Shown: positions 1 through 8,825 of the stretch, piece by piece | How positions within the stretch are numbered: the first letter of the stretch is position 1 | How the letters are laid out: each line of letters begins with the position of its first letter | Assembly (NCBI GenBank): GCA_963795735.1 | Contig: CAWCIU010000008.1 | Span: 1,751,836-1,815,835, forward strand | DNA: 64,000 nt | Direction of reading: 5' to 3' | From: an uncultured Acidobacteriota bacterium | GTDB lineage: Bacteria > Acidobacteriota > Thermoanaerobaculia > Multivoradales > UBA5704 | The notes under the pieces: generated by a model | Told to the model about the DNA's origin: nothing | The model's database searches: none | What the model saw: only the letters and a program-made list of their open reading frames with translations | Made by a program: the position numbers and the translations under genes

Positions 1-1
1 C

Positions 2-355
2 GTCCTCTCCCGCCGGTCGATCGACTCCCGGCTGGACAAGATCAACAACGTCGAGCACCGGCAGACCCTCTGGGGAAGGCTCTTCCACTATGGCGACGTC
101 GAGATCGACACCGCCAGCGAGCGGGGCGAGACCGTGTTCCCCAACATCTCCCATCCGCTGGAATTCAAGAACGCCATCCTGGCGGCGGCGGAGCAGTATC
201 GTTCCGCGGGCGCCGGGAACCGCATGCCGCTCGCCGCGCCCGCCGGCCCTTCCGGCGCCGAGCGGCTGCGCCAGCTCAAGACCCTGCTCGACGACGGCCT
301 TATCTCCCCGGAGGAGTTCGAGGCCAAGCGCCGGGAGCTGCTGGCCCAGTTGTAG
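2..355 (+). CDS. PH-domain (bPH_2/YdbT-like) protein with C-terminal SHOCT domain, 5'-truncated at window edge
   Basis: Frame 2 is open from position 2. It reads ...RLDKINNVEHRQTLWGRLFHYGDVEIDTASERGETVFPNISHPLEFKNAILAAAEQ, typical of bacterial PH domain proteins. It ends with SHOCT-like DDGLISPEEFEAKRRELLAQL. Confidence 0.5.
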   Translation, partial: VLSRRSIDSRLDKINNVEHRQTLWGRLFHYGDVEIDTASERGETVFPNISHPLEFKNAILAAAEQYRSAGAGNRMPLAAPAGPSGAERLRQLKTLLDDGLISPEEFEAKRRELLAQL

Positions 356-409
356 GGGCCGGTTGCGGGGGGCGGCCCGGGTCGGACGGCGTGCTACCAT
401 CAGGCGGTA

Positions 410-3400
410 ATGCCCCGTAATGCCTTGGCCCCCGTCGTCTTCCCTCCCGGCTCCACCCTCGGTCCCCTGCTCGAGGAGCTGCGCCTGGACGCCCGGCTCG
501 GCCCGCAGCTCCTCTACTCCACGCACCTGCCCGGCAGCGAGGCGCGGTACGGCGAGCTCGATCCGCCGCTCCCGGAGCCGCTCTCCCGCGCCTTGGGCCG
601 CGGGCTGGGCCATGGAAGCTCGCCGCGCCTGTGGACTCACCAGACGGAGGGGATCGCGGCCGTGCGGCGGGGAGAAAACGTGCTGGTCACCACCCCCACG
701 GCCTCCGGCAAGTCGCTGGTCTTCCAGGTCCCTCCCCTGGAGGAGGCGGTCCGCGGGGGACCGGGGCATGGCCTGTTCCTCTTCCCGCTCAAGGCGCTGG
801 GGCAGGACCAGCGGGGGAAGTTCCTCCGCCTGGCCGCGGAGGCGGGGATCCCGCCGGAGGCCGCCGGGTGCGAGATCTACGACGGCGACACCCCGGCCTC
901 GAAGCGCACCTCGATCCGCAAGAATTTTCCCCGGGTGGTGATCTCCAATCCGGACATGCTCCACCTGGGCGTCCTCGGCCACTGGACGGGGTGGGGGCCG
1001 TTCCTGGCCGACCTGCGCTGGGTGGTGCTCGACGAGCTCCACACCTACCGCGGGATCTTCGGCAGCCACTTCCACCACGTCCTCCAGCGCTTCTTCCGGC
1101 TCTGCCGCTCGGTGGGATCGGACCCGGTGCTGATCGCCTCCTCGGCCACCGCGGCCAACGCCGGGGAGTTCGCCGAGACCCTCACCGGGCGCAAGTTCCA
1201 CTGGATCTCCCAGTCGGGCGCCCCGCGCGAGGACCGCCACCTGCTGCTCTTCCAGCCGGAGGCGAGCCCGTACACCACCGCGCTGCAGCTCTTCGTGCGC
1301 TTCATCAACGCCGGGCTCAAAACGATCGTCTTCACCAAGGCCCGGCGGATCACCGAGCTGCTCTACTCCTGGCTGCGGCGGCAGGAGCCGGCCCTCGCCG
1401 CGCGGGTGGCGAGCTATCGCGCCGGCTTCCTCGCCGAGGAGCGGCGGCGGATCGAGGCCGCCCTCTTCGAGGGGAAGCTCGACGGCGTCATCTCCACCTC
1501 GGCCCTGGAGATGGGGATCGACGTCGGCGGCCTCGACGCCTGCATCCTGGTGGGCTACCCGGGGAGCATGATGGCCACCTGGCAGCGCTCGGGCCGGGTG
1601 GGGCGGGCGGGCCGCGAGTCGATCACCGCCATGGTGGCGATGCCCGACGCCCTCGACCAGTACTTCCTCGATCATCCCGGGCAGTTCCTCGAGCGCCCCT
1701 GCGAGCGGCTGATCGTCGATCCGGTCAACGATCCGGTGTCGCGGGCGCACCTGGTCTGCGCCGCCTCCGAGATGCCGCTCTGCGGCGACGACCGCGCCTA
1801 CCTGGCGCCGCACCAGGCCCGGGTGGAGAAGCTGCTGCGCCAGGGGCACCTGCTCGCCGCCGCCGAGGGGGACGAGATCTTCTCCCTGCGCCGCCGGCCG
1901 CAGCGCCACGTCAACTTGCGGGGGACGGGGGAGACCTTCGCCATCCTCGCCGGCGGCCGGACGATCGGCACGGTGGACGGCGTGCGGGTGCTCCACGAGT
2001 GCCACCCCGGGGCGGTCTACCTCCACGCCGGGCGGCAGTTCCTGGTCGAGGCGCTGGAGCGCGAGGAGCGGCGGGTGCTGGCCGCGGCGGCGGATCTCGA
2101 CTATTTCACCACCCCGCTGACCGAGAAGGAGACCGAGATCCTGGAGGTGCTGGAGGAGAGGAGCGAGGGGCCGCTCCAGGCCTGGCTGGGCCGCCTCAAG
2201 GTCACCGAAAGGGTGGTCGGCTTCGAGCGCAAGCGCATCCACGGTCAGGAGGTGATCGACCAGACGCCGCTCGACCTGCCGCCGGTCGAGTTCGAGACGG
2301 TGGGCCTCTGGTGGGCGGCGCCGCGGGCGGCGGAGGAGACCCTGCGCCGCCGGGGGGAGCACTTCCTGGGCTCCCTCCACGCCTCGGAGCACGCCGGCAT
2401 CTCGCTCTTCCCCATCCTGGCCCTCTGCGACCGCGGCGACATCGGCGGCATCTCCTACCCCCTCCATCCGCAGCTCGGCACCGGCGCCGTCTTCATCTAC
2501 GACGGCCATCCCGGAGGGGTGGGGATCGCCGCCCGCGGCTTCGAGGACCTCGCCGACCTGCTGGGGCGGATCGAGGCGCTGATCGCCGGCTGCCCCTGCG
2601 AGACCGGCTGCCCCTCCTGCGTGCAGTCCCCCAAGTGCGGCAACGGCAACCGGCCGCTCGACAAGCCGGGCGCGGCCCGGGTGCTGCGGCTGCTGCTCGG
2701 GCGGGAGGAGCCGGCGGTGGCGTGGGGGGAGGCGGTGCGGGTGAGTCTGGTGGTGGCGGAGGAGGCGGAGCCTCTCCCGGACCCTCACCCCCTGGCCCCC
2801 TCTCCCGTCCCCTCCCACCCTCCCTCGCCGGGAGAGGGGGAAACGGAAGGCTCTCTCGCAGTCGAGAATCTCCCCGGCCAGCGCCACGCCAGCCTGCGGA
2901 GCGCCCCTGCCACCTCGTTCGAGCCCCTCCAGATCGGGTCGGCTCTCCTGCCGTCGTCTCCATTCCCCCTCGCCCGGGGAGGGAGGGCGGGAGGGGACGG
3001 GAGAGGGGGTCAGGGGGTGAGGGTCCGGGAGGGAGAGCCGCGCACGATCCTCTTCGACCTCGAGACCCTGCGCTCCGCCGCCGACGTGGGGGGCTGGCAC
3101 AAGGCCCACCGCATGGGGATCGCCGTCGGGGTGGTCTGCCATCTGGAGGAGGGGCGCTTCGAGGTATATCCCGAGCTCCGGGTGCGCGACCTGGTGGAGG
3201 CCCTGCGCGGCGCCTCCCTGGTGATCGGCTACAACATCAAGCGCTTCGACTACCTGGTCCTCTCCGGCTACACGGGGGAGGACTTCTCGCGCACCCTGCC
3301 GACGCTCGACCTTCTGGAAGACGTCGCCTCCCGCCTGGGCTTCCGGGTGGGCATGGGCCACCTCGCCCAGGAGACGCTGGGGATCGGGAAGTCCGCCGAC

Positions 3401-3574
3401 GGCCTCCAGTCCCTCGAATGGGTCCGCCAGGGGCGGCTCGACCTGGTGGAGGCGTACTGCCGCAAGGACGTCGAGATCCTGCGCGACCTCTATCTGCACG
3501 GCCGGCGCGAGGGGCATCTCTTCTACCGGGACCGCAACCGGGACGTGCGGCTGAAGCTAGGCGTGGAGTGGTAG
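410..3574 (+). CDS. DEXH-box helicase with DUF1998/MZB zinc-binding domain (MrfA/YprA-like) fused to a C-terminal DEDD 3'-5' exonuclease domain (MrfB-like)
   Basis: Walker A TPTASGKSL, DEXH motif VLDELHTYRG, helicase C-domain. A 4-Cys cluster CPCETGCPSCVQSPKCGNG matches DUF1998. After a Pro/Gly-rich linker, the exonuclease motifs are FDLETL (Exo I), GYNIKRFDY (Exo II) and YCRKDVEIL (Exo III). Confidence 0.8.
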   Translation: MPRNALAPVVFPPGSTLGPLLEELRLDARLGPQLLYSTHLPGSEARYGELDPPLPEPLSRALGRGLGHGSSPRLWTHQTEGIAAVRRGENVLVTTPTASGKSLVFQVPPLEEAVRGGPGHGLFLFPLKALGQDQRGKFLRLAAEAGIPPEAAGCEIYDGDTPASKRTSIRKNFPRVVISNPDMLHLGVLGHWTGWGPFLADLRWVVLDELHTYRGIFGSHFHHVLQRFFRLCRSVGSDPVLIASSATAANAGEFAETLTGRKFHWISQSGAPREDRHLLLFQPEASPYTTALQLFVRFINAGLKTIVFTKARRITELLYSWLRRQEPALAARVASYRAGFLAEERRRIEAALFEGKLDGVISTSALEMGIDVGGLDACILVGYPGSMMATWQRSGRVGRAGRESITAMVAMPDALDQYFLDHPGQFLERPCERLIVDPVNDPVSRAHLVCAASEMPLCGDDRAYLAPHQARVEKLLRQGHLLAAAEGDEIFSLRRRPQRHVNLRGTGETFAILAGGRTIGTVDGVRVLHECHPGAVYLHAGRQFLVEALEREERRVLAAAADLDYFTTPLTEKETEILEVLEERSEGPLQAWLGRLKVTERVVGFERKRIHGQEVIDQTPLDLPPVEFETVGLWWAAPRAAEETLRRRGEHFLGSLHASEHAGISLFPILALCDRGDIGGISYPLHPQLGTGAVFIYDGHPGGVGIAARGFEDLADLLGRIEALIAGCPCETGCPSCVQSPKCGNGNRPLDKPGAARVLRLLLGREEPAVAWGEAVRVSLVVAEEAEPLPDPHPLAPSPVPSHPPSPGEGETEGSLAVENLPGQRHASLRSAPATSFEPLQIGSALLPSSPFPLARGGRAGGDGRGGQGVRVREGEPRTILFDLETLRSAADVGGWHKAHRMGIAVGVVCHLEEGRFEVYPELRVRDLVEALRGASLVIGYNIKRFDYLVLSGYTGEDFSRTLPTLDLLEDVASRLGFRVGMGHLAQETLGIGKSADGLQSLEWVRQGRLDLVEAYCRKDVEILRDLYLHGRREGHLFYRDRNRDVRLKLGVEW
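2782..3024. repeat. In-frame inverted pair of MITE/RPE-like repeat units inside the helicase ORF (units ~2782-2848 and ~2961-3024)
   Basis: The units match the dispersed family (ccctcacc...ctctcccgtcccctccc...gccgggagagggg and its reverse complement gggagggcgggaggggacgggagagg...ggtgaggg). They translate to the low-complexity linker PLPDPHPLAPSPVPSHPPSPGEGE...PLARGGRAGGDGRGGQG. Confidence 0.7.
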
Positions 3575-3602
3575 GGTGGAAGGGTCTGGAAAGGAGCCGC
3601 TC

Positions 3603-4097
3603 ATGACTCATCTCACCCGATTCTTCCTCGCGGCCGCCCTTCTCACCCTGGCGGGCTGCTCGGGCCTCGGCACCCTCGCCCGCATGGAGCAGCCGCGCGT
3701 GGACGTCACCGGCCTCAAGCTGGCGGGCACGACCCTCAGCGGCGCCGACGTGCTCGTGCAGTTCCAGGTGGACAACCCCAACGACGTGGACCTGGTGCTC
3801 GACGGCATCGGCTACAAGCTGCGCCTCAACGGCCAACCCCTGCTCGACGGCCGGTACGACCAGCGCACGCGGATCGCCGCCAGCGGCCGCACCGCCGTCG
3901 AGCTGCCGGTGACGATCCGGTTCGACGATCTCCTGCGGGTCATCCGCACCCTCGGCGACCACAAGAATCCCAATTACGATCTCGAGGCCGACCTCCGGTT
4001 CGCCGTCCCCGTCCTCGGCGAGGTCACGGTGCCGGTGACGCAGACGGGGAAGGTCCCGGTGGACCGGCTCATGCAGCAGATCGGGATCGGACGGTAG
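3603..4097 (+). CDS. LEA14-like / WHy (LEA_2) domain lipoprotein
   Basis: RBS ggaaaggag lies before the ATG at 3603. Lipobox LTLAGCSG is present. VDVTGLKL...LVQFQVDNPNDVDLVLDGIGYKLRLNG is typical of Water-stress/Hypersensitive-response domain proteins. Confidence 0.6.
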   Translation: MTHLTRFFLAAALLTLAGCSGLGTLARMEQPRVDVTGLKLAGTTLSGADVLVQFQVDNPNDVDLVLDGIGYKLRLNGQPLLDGRYDQRTRIAASGRTAVELPVTIRFDDLLRVIRTLGDHKNPNYDLEADLRFAVPVLGEVTVPVTQTGKVPVDRLMQQIGIGR

Positions 4098-4156
4098 GGG
4101 AGCAACCCCGGCGTCCTTCCTCCGTATACTCTCCAGCGCTCAACAGGAGAATCCCC

Positions 4157-6232
4157 ATGCGGAGCCCCCGCCCGTCCCTCGTTTCCGCGATTTCCGTGAT
4201 CCTCCTCGGCCTGTCCCTGGCCGCCTGCCAGACGGCGCCGCCGAAGCCTCCGGCTTCACCGGCCTCGCCGGTATCGCGCGCCGCCGCCGGGCCGGGGGAG
4301 ATCCGCTACGGCTTTCTCTTCTCCGGCAATCCGGCGGGCTCCGCCTCCTCCCGCGTCGAGCCGGACGGCACCCGGGTGGAGACCTTTGAGTTCAACGATC
4401 GCGGGCGGGGCTCCAACACCACCAGCCGCTACCGGCTCGACGACAGGGGGCTGCCGGCGTCCGTCAAGACGACCGGCGTCGACTACTGGAAGACCCCGGT
4501 TTCGGAGCGGTTCGAGCGGACGGGTAGCCATGCCTCCTGGAAGAGCGCGGCGGAGAAGGGGGAGCGCGACGTCCGCGAGCCGGCCTTCTTCCTCAGCCTG
4601 AACGGTCCCCCCCAGGAGAGCGCGCTGCTAGCCAAGGCGCTGCTCGCGGCGCCGGGCCACCGCCTCCCGCTCCTGCCGACCGGGGAGGCCCGGCTCGAGG
4701 AGGTCACCTCGCTGCCGGTCCAGGCCGCCGGGCGCTCCCAGACCGTCCACCTCTACTCGCTCGCCGGCCTCGGCTTCACCCCCGGCTATCTCTGGCTCGA
4801 CGAGAGCCGGGATCTCTTCGCCAGCGTCAGCGGCTGGGGAGCCCTCTTCCGCGAGGGCTGGGTGGACGCCGTCCCGCAGCTCACCCACGCCCAGGATACG
4901 GCCGAGAAGGCGCGGTTCAAGGAGGCCGCCGCCCGGCTCGCCCATCACCCCCAGGGGGGCGGGCTCGCCATCCGTCACGCCCGGCTCTTCGATCCGGCGA
5001 CCGGGGCGTACCGGCCGGACACCACCGTGCTCGTTGCCGGCAACCGCATCCAGGCCGTCGGCCCGGACGCCGAGGTGACCGTGCCCCCCGGCGTCGAGGT
5101 GGTGGACGCCCGCGGCAAGGCCCTTCTGCCGGGCCTGTGGGACATGCACGTCCACCTCGGCGAGGAGCAGGGCCTCTTCAACCTCGCCTCCGGCGTGACC
5201 AGCGTGCGCGATCTCGCCAACGACGTCGACCAGCTCATCGACATGCGCCGGCGCTGGGATTCGGGCGAGGGGATCGGCCCCCGCGTGCTGATGGCCGGCT
5301 TCCTCGACGGCCCCGGCCCCTACGCGGGTCCCACCAAGGCGCTGGTCTCCACCGAGGCGCAGGCTCTGGAGTGGGTGGACCGCTACGCCAAGCTCGGCTA
5401 CGTGCAGATCAAGCTCTACAGCTCGCTCGATCCCAAGCTGGTGCCGCCAATCGTCAAGCGCGCCCACGAGCTGGGGCTGCGGGTCTCCGGCCACATCCCC
5501 AACGGGATGAGCGCCGAGCAGGCGGTGCGCGCGGGGTACGACGAGATCCAGCACGTGAACTTCCTGGTCCTCAACTTCCTCGACCCGAAGATCGACACCC
5601 GCACCCCGGCCCGCTTCTCCGAGGTGGCCAGGCACGCCGCCGAGCTGGACCTCCACTCCGAGCGGGTGAAGGATTTCATCGCCCTGCTCAAGGCGCGCGG
5701 CACCGTTTCCGATCCCACCCTCAACGCCTTCGAGGGGATGTTCAAGGCCCAACCCGGCGAGGTGGACCCCAGCCTCGCCGCGGTGGCGGACCGCCTGCCC
5801 CCCCAGGTGCAGCGCGGCCTCTACAATGCCGGCCTCAACCCGCCGGCCGACCAGGTGCAGCGCTACCGCGACTCCTACCGCGCGATGCAGAACCTGGTGA
5901 AGTCCCTCTACGACGCCGGGGTGACGATCGTCGCCGGCACCGATGCCATGGCGGGCTTCACCCTCCACCGCGAGCTGGAGCTCTACGTGGATTCGGGGAT
6001 TCCCGCCCCCGAGGCGCTGCGCATCGCCACCCTGGGCGCGGCGCGGGTCATGAAGCGGGACCGGGACCTCGGCTCGGTCGCCCCGGGCAAGCTGGCCGAC
6101 CTGATCCTGGTGGACGGCGATCCCGCGGCGCGCATCTCGGACATCCGCCGCGTGGTCCTCACCGTCAAGGACGGCGTGGTCTACGACCCCGCGGCCCTCT
6201 GGCGCGAGGTCGGGGTCAAACCGGTGGAATGA
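4157..6232 (+). CDS. amidohydrolase family protein (secreted/lipoprotein, N-terminal extra domain)
   Basis: Signal/lipobox LGLSLAAC. Metal-binding motif PGLWDMHVHL. The C-terminus AGTDA...LILVDGDP is typical of the amidohydrolase superfamily. Confidence 0.8.
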   Translation: MRSPRPSLVSAISVILLGLSLAACQTAPPKPPASPASPVSRAAAGPGEIRYGFLFSGNPAGSASSRVEPDGTRVETFEFNDRGRGSNTTSRYRLDDRGLPASVKTTGVDYWKTPVSERFERTGSHASWKSAAEKGERDVREPAFFLSLNGPPQESALLAKALLAAPGHRLPLLPTGEARLEEVTSLPVQAAGRSQTVHLYSLAGLGFTPGYLWLDESRDLFASVSGWGALFREGWVDAVPQLTHAQDTAEKARFKEAAARLAHHPQGGGLAIRHARLFDPATGAYRPDTTVLVAGNRIQAVGPDAEVTVPPGVEVVDARGKALLPGLWDMHVHLGEEQGLFNLASGVTSVRDLANDVDQLIDMRRRWDSGEGIGPRVLMAGFLDGPGPYAGPTKALVSTEAQALEWVDRYAKLGYVQIKLYSSLDPKLVPPIVKRAHELGLRVSGHIPNGMSAEQAVRAGYDEIQHVNFLVLNFLDPKIDTRTPARFSEVARHAAELDLHSERVKDFIALLKARGTVSDPTLNAFEGMFKAQPGEVDPSLAAVADRLPPQVQRGLYNAGLNPPADQVQRYRDSYRAMQNLVKSLYDAGVTIVAGTDAMAGFTLHRELELYVDSGIPAPEALRIATLGAARVMKRDRDLGSVAPGKLADLILVDGDPAARISDIRRVVLTVKDGVVYDPAALWREVGVKPVE

Positions 6233-6321
6233 CGCCCGTTTTGTTGTAACATTCGCGTCACATTGATGGTTGTTTCTGCCCGCCCCTAAGGTGGGTTTCG
6301 TCATTCTCGGGGGGAAAATCC

Positions 6322-8349
6322 ATGCGGAGAGCGTGTCTTTTCACGCTGGGGCTCCTGGTCTGTTCCGGGCTCGGGGCCGCGGCGGCTGCGGCATCGCCGC
6401 CCCTGTTCCGGCCGGGCGAGGAGCTTCGCTATACCGTCTTCTTCGGCAATCTGCGGCCGGTGGGGCTGGCGACCTTTCTCGTCGAGCCGGCCGGCGACAG
6501 CGTCCTCACCCTGAAGGTGAGCGACCGCGGGCGCGGTGAGAGCTTCAACTCGCGGCTCCGCCTCGACGCCGACGGCATTCCGCTGCGGGAGCACCTCACG
6601 GGCGTCGACTACTGGCAGAACCCGGTCGACGAACGGCTCGAGATCGCCGGCGGCCGGGCCACCTGGAGCGGCGGGCCGGAGAAGGGCGAGAAGAAGATCG
6701 CTCATCCCGCCTTCTACGTCACCCGCGGCGGCCTCAGCCTGGAGGCCGGCCTGCTGGCGATGGCCCTGCTGCACAACCCCCACCATCGCCTGCCGCTGCT
6801 GCCGGAAGGGGAGGGGCGCCTCGAGAAGGTCGGCGCGGCGCGGATCGCGGGCGGGGGAAAGGCGCGCGACCTCTCGCTCTTCCTCCTCACCGGCCTCGCC
6901 TCGCCGCTCTACGTCTGGATGGACGGCGACGGCGTCTTCTTCGGCCGCTACGACGGTTTCATCACCTCCGTCCCGCAGGGGTGGGAGGAGGCGGCGCCGG
7001 CGATGATCCAGGCGCAGACCCGGGCCGTGGCGTCGCGGTGGAAGGCCGTCGCGGCAAAGCTCGCCCACCGCCCGTCCGGAGCGCTGGCGGTGACCGGGGC
7101 CCGGCTGTTCGACCCGGAAGCCGGCACGGTGACGCCCGGCGTCACCGTCGTCGTCTCCGGCAACCGCATCCAGGCCGTCGGCCGGGACGGCGAGGTCCCG
7201 GTGCCCACCGGGGCCAAGGTGGTCGAGGCCCACGGCCGCATGCTGCTGCCGGGCCTCTGGGACATGCACCAGCACCTCACCGACAACGACGGCCTCCTCG
7301 ACCTGGCCGCCGGCGTGACCACCGGCCGTGACATGGCCAACGACATGGACTACCTGCTCGACCTCAAGCGCAGGTGGGACTCCGGCGAGGCCCTGGGGCC
7401 GCGGGTGGTGCTGGCCGGCGTCATCGACGGTCCGGGCCTGTACGCCAGCCCCACCAAGATGCTGGTAGAGACCGAGGAGAAGGCGCGCGCCACGGTGGAC
7501 CGCTACGCCGGGATGGGCTACGCGCAGATCAAGATCTACAGCTCGCTCGACCCCAAGCTGGTCCCCGCGATCGTCGCCGAGGCCCACCAGCGCGGCCTGC
7601 GGGTCTCCGGCCACATCCCGTACGGGATGACGGCCGCGGACGCGGTCCGCGACGGGTTCGACGAGCTCCAGCACGTCAACTTCCTCTTCCTCAACTTCCT
7701 CCCCGGGGTCGACACCCGCACGATGGCCCGGATGACCGCCGTCGCCGAGCACGCCGCGGAGATCGATCTCGCCTCCGAGCCGGTGCGGGCCTTCCTGCGG
7801 CTGCTCAAGGAGCGGCACACGGTGGTGGACCCCACCCTCAATATCTACGAGGACCTGTTCACCGCCCGCCCGGAGGAGGTGCGCCCGAGCTTGGCGCCGG
7901 TGGGGGAGCGGCTGCCCTACCAGTTGCGCCGCACCCTGCTCGGGGGGAGTCTGGCGATTCCGCCGGGCCAGGAGCAGCGCTACCGCGACTCCTACCGCGC
8001 CTGCGTCGCCATGGTGCGCCTCCTGCACGACGAGGGCATCCCGATCGTCGCCGGCACCGACTCCGCCGCCGGCTTCGACCTCCACCGCGAGCTCGAGCTC
8101 TACGTCGCCGCGGGCCTGCCGGCCCCCGAGGTGCTGCGCCTCGCCACCCTGGGAGCCGCCCGCATCATGAAGCTCGACCGCGACCTCGGCACCATCGCCC
8201 CCGGCAAGCTCGCCGACCTGATCCTGGTGGACGGCGATCCCACCAGGAGCATCAGCGACATCCGGCGCGTGGTCCTCACCATCAAGGACGGCGTGATCTA
8301 CGACCCCGCGGAGCTGTACCGGTCGGTCGGGGTGAAGCCGGCGGTGTGA
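6322..8349 (+). CDS. amidohydrolase family protein, tandem paralog of the upstream gene
   Basis: Same architecture and motifs as 4157..6232 (PGLWDMHQHL, VAGTDSAAGF, LILVDGDPTRS). A signal peptide is present. Confidence 0.8.
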   Translation: MRRACLFTLGLLVCSGLGAAAAAASPPLFRPGEELRYTVFFGNLRPVGLATFLVEPAGDSVLTLKVSDRGRGESFNSRLRLDADGIPLREHLTGVDYWQNPVDERLEIAGGRATWSGGPEKGEKKIAHPAFYVTRGGLSLEAGLLAMALLHNPHHRLPLLPEGEGRLEKVGAARIAGGGKARDLSLFLLTGLASPLYVWMDGDGVFFGRYDGFITSVPQGWEEAAPAMIQAQTRAVASRWKAVAAKLAHRPSGALAVTGARLFDPEAGTVTPGVTVVVSGNRIQAVGRDGEVPVPTGAKVVEAHGRMLLPGLWDMHQHLTDNDGLLDLAAGVTTGRDMANDMDYLLDLKRRWDSGEALGPRVVLAGVIDGPGLYASPTKMLVETEEKARATVDRYAGMGYAQIKIYSSLDPKLVPAIVAEAHQRGLRVSGHIPYGMTAADAVRDGFDELQHVNFLFLNFLPGVDTRTMARMTAVAEHAAEIDLASEPVRAFLRLLKERHTVVDPTLNIYEDLFTARPEEVRPSLAPVGERLPYQLRRTLLGGSLAIPPGQEQRYRDSYRACVAMVRLLHDEGIPIVAGTDSAAGFDLHRELELYVAAGLPAPEVLRLATLGAARIMKLDRDLGTIAPGKLADLILVDGDPTRSISDIRRVVLTIKDGVIYDPAELYRSVGVKPAV

Positions 8350-8444
8350 GGGGGGTGGCGGTTGTCACGACATGCTTCGCGCGGGCACTTAATAGGTTAG
8401 AGACCCTGGCGGGATTCAGCCCGTCCAGATGGACAGGAGGAAAC

Positions 8445-8627
8445 ATGAGAAAGTTCCTGCTCGCTCTCGCCCTGCTCCTTACCATTCCCGCCCTGACTCC
8501 GCAGCCCGCAGCATCGACGAGCAAAATCGTTAGCAACTGCTTCCGCGTGTGCCGGGACTGCTCCGCCCAAGGTCAGTCTTGCTGTCAGAACGATCCACCC
8601 TACACAAACATTTGTTACTGCTGCTGA
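8445..8627 (+). CDS. small secreted cysteine-rich peptide (60 aa; Sec signal + 36-aa mature peptide with 8 Cys)
   Basis: RBS aggagg plus ATG. MRKFLLALALLLTIPALTPQPAAS, then TSKIVSNCFRVCRDCSAQGQSCCQNDPPYTNICYCC. This is the C-terminal in-frame part of the spurious long ORF 7374..8627. Confidence 0.5.
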   Translation: MRKFLLALALLLTIPALTPQPAASTSKIVSNCFRVCRDCSAQGQSCCQNDPPYTNICYCC

Positions 8628-8825
8628 GGCGACCCGGCCCGCGGTGCCTCGGCGCCGCGGACTTCACCCCCTCAACGCTGTCCCAAACCTCCCTGCTCAC
8701 CGGACAGCGAAATCCTGCCCAAGGTCCGTCTTATCTCCAGAGAGGAGGATTTTCCGGGAAAGTGTGTCCAGGCGTTGGAGATCTGTGAGATGTAAACCGC
8801 AACATTCTGACCAAGGGGATCATCA

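Noticed and set aside
631-3606. 991-aa ORF overlapping the helicase gene in another frame, and many similar long overlapping ORFs (e.g. 16044..19994, 14281..16149, 21909..23585, 25307..26434, 27007..30213, 54700..56739, 61924..63981)
   Set aside because: Stop-poor alternative frames are expected at ~70% GC. Their products are low-complexity Arg/Gly/Pro/Ala strings. Each overlaps a well-supported gene with clear domain signatures.
8349-8445. Sigma70-like promoter (TTGTCA ... ) upstream of the 8445 peptide gene
   Set aside because: A -35-like hexamer is present but no convincingly spaced -10 element. Too weak to call.
7374-8627. 417-aa ORF-track call
   Set aside because: Most of it is antisense/out-of-context Arg/Gly-rich sequence overlapping the amidohydrolase gene. 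Only the last 60 codons (8445..8627) have an RBS, signal peptide and sensible composition.
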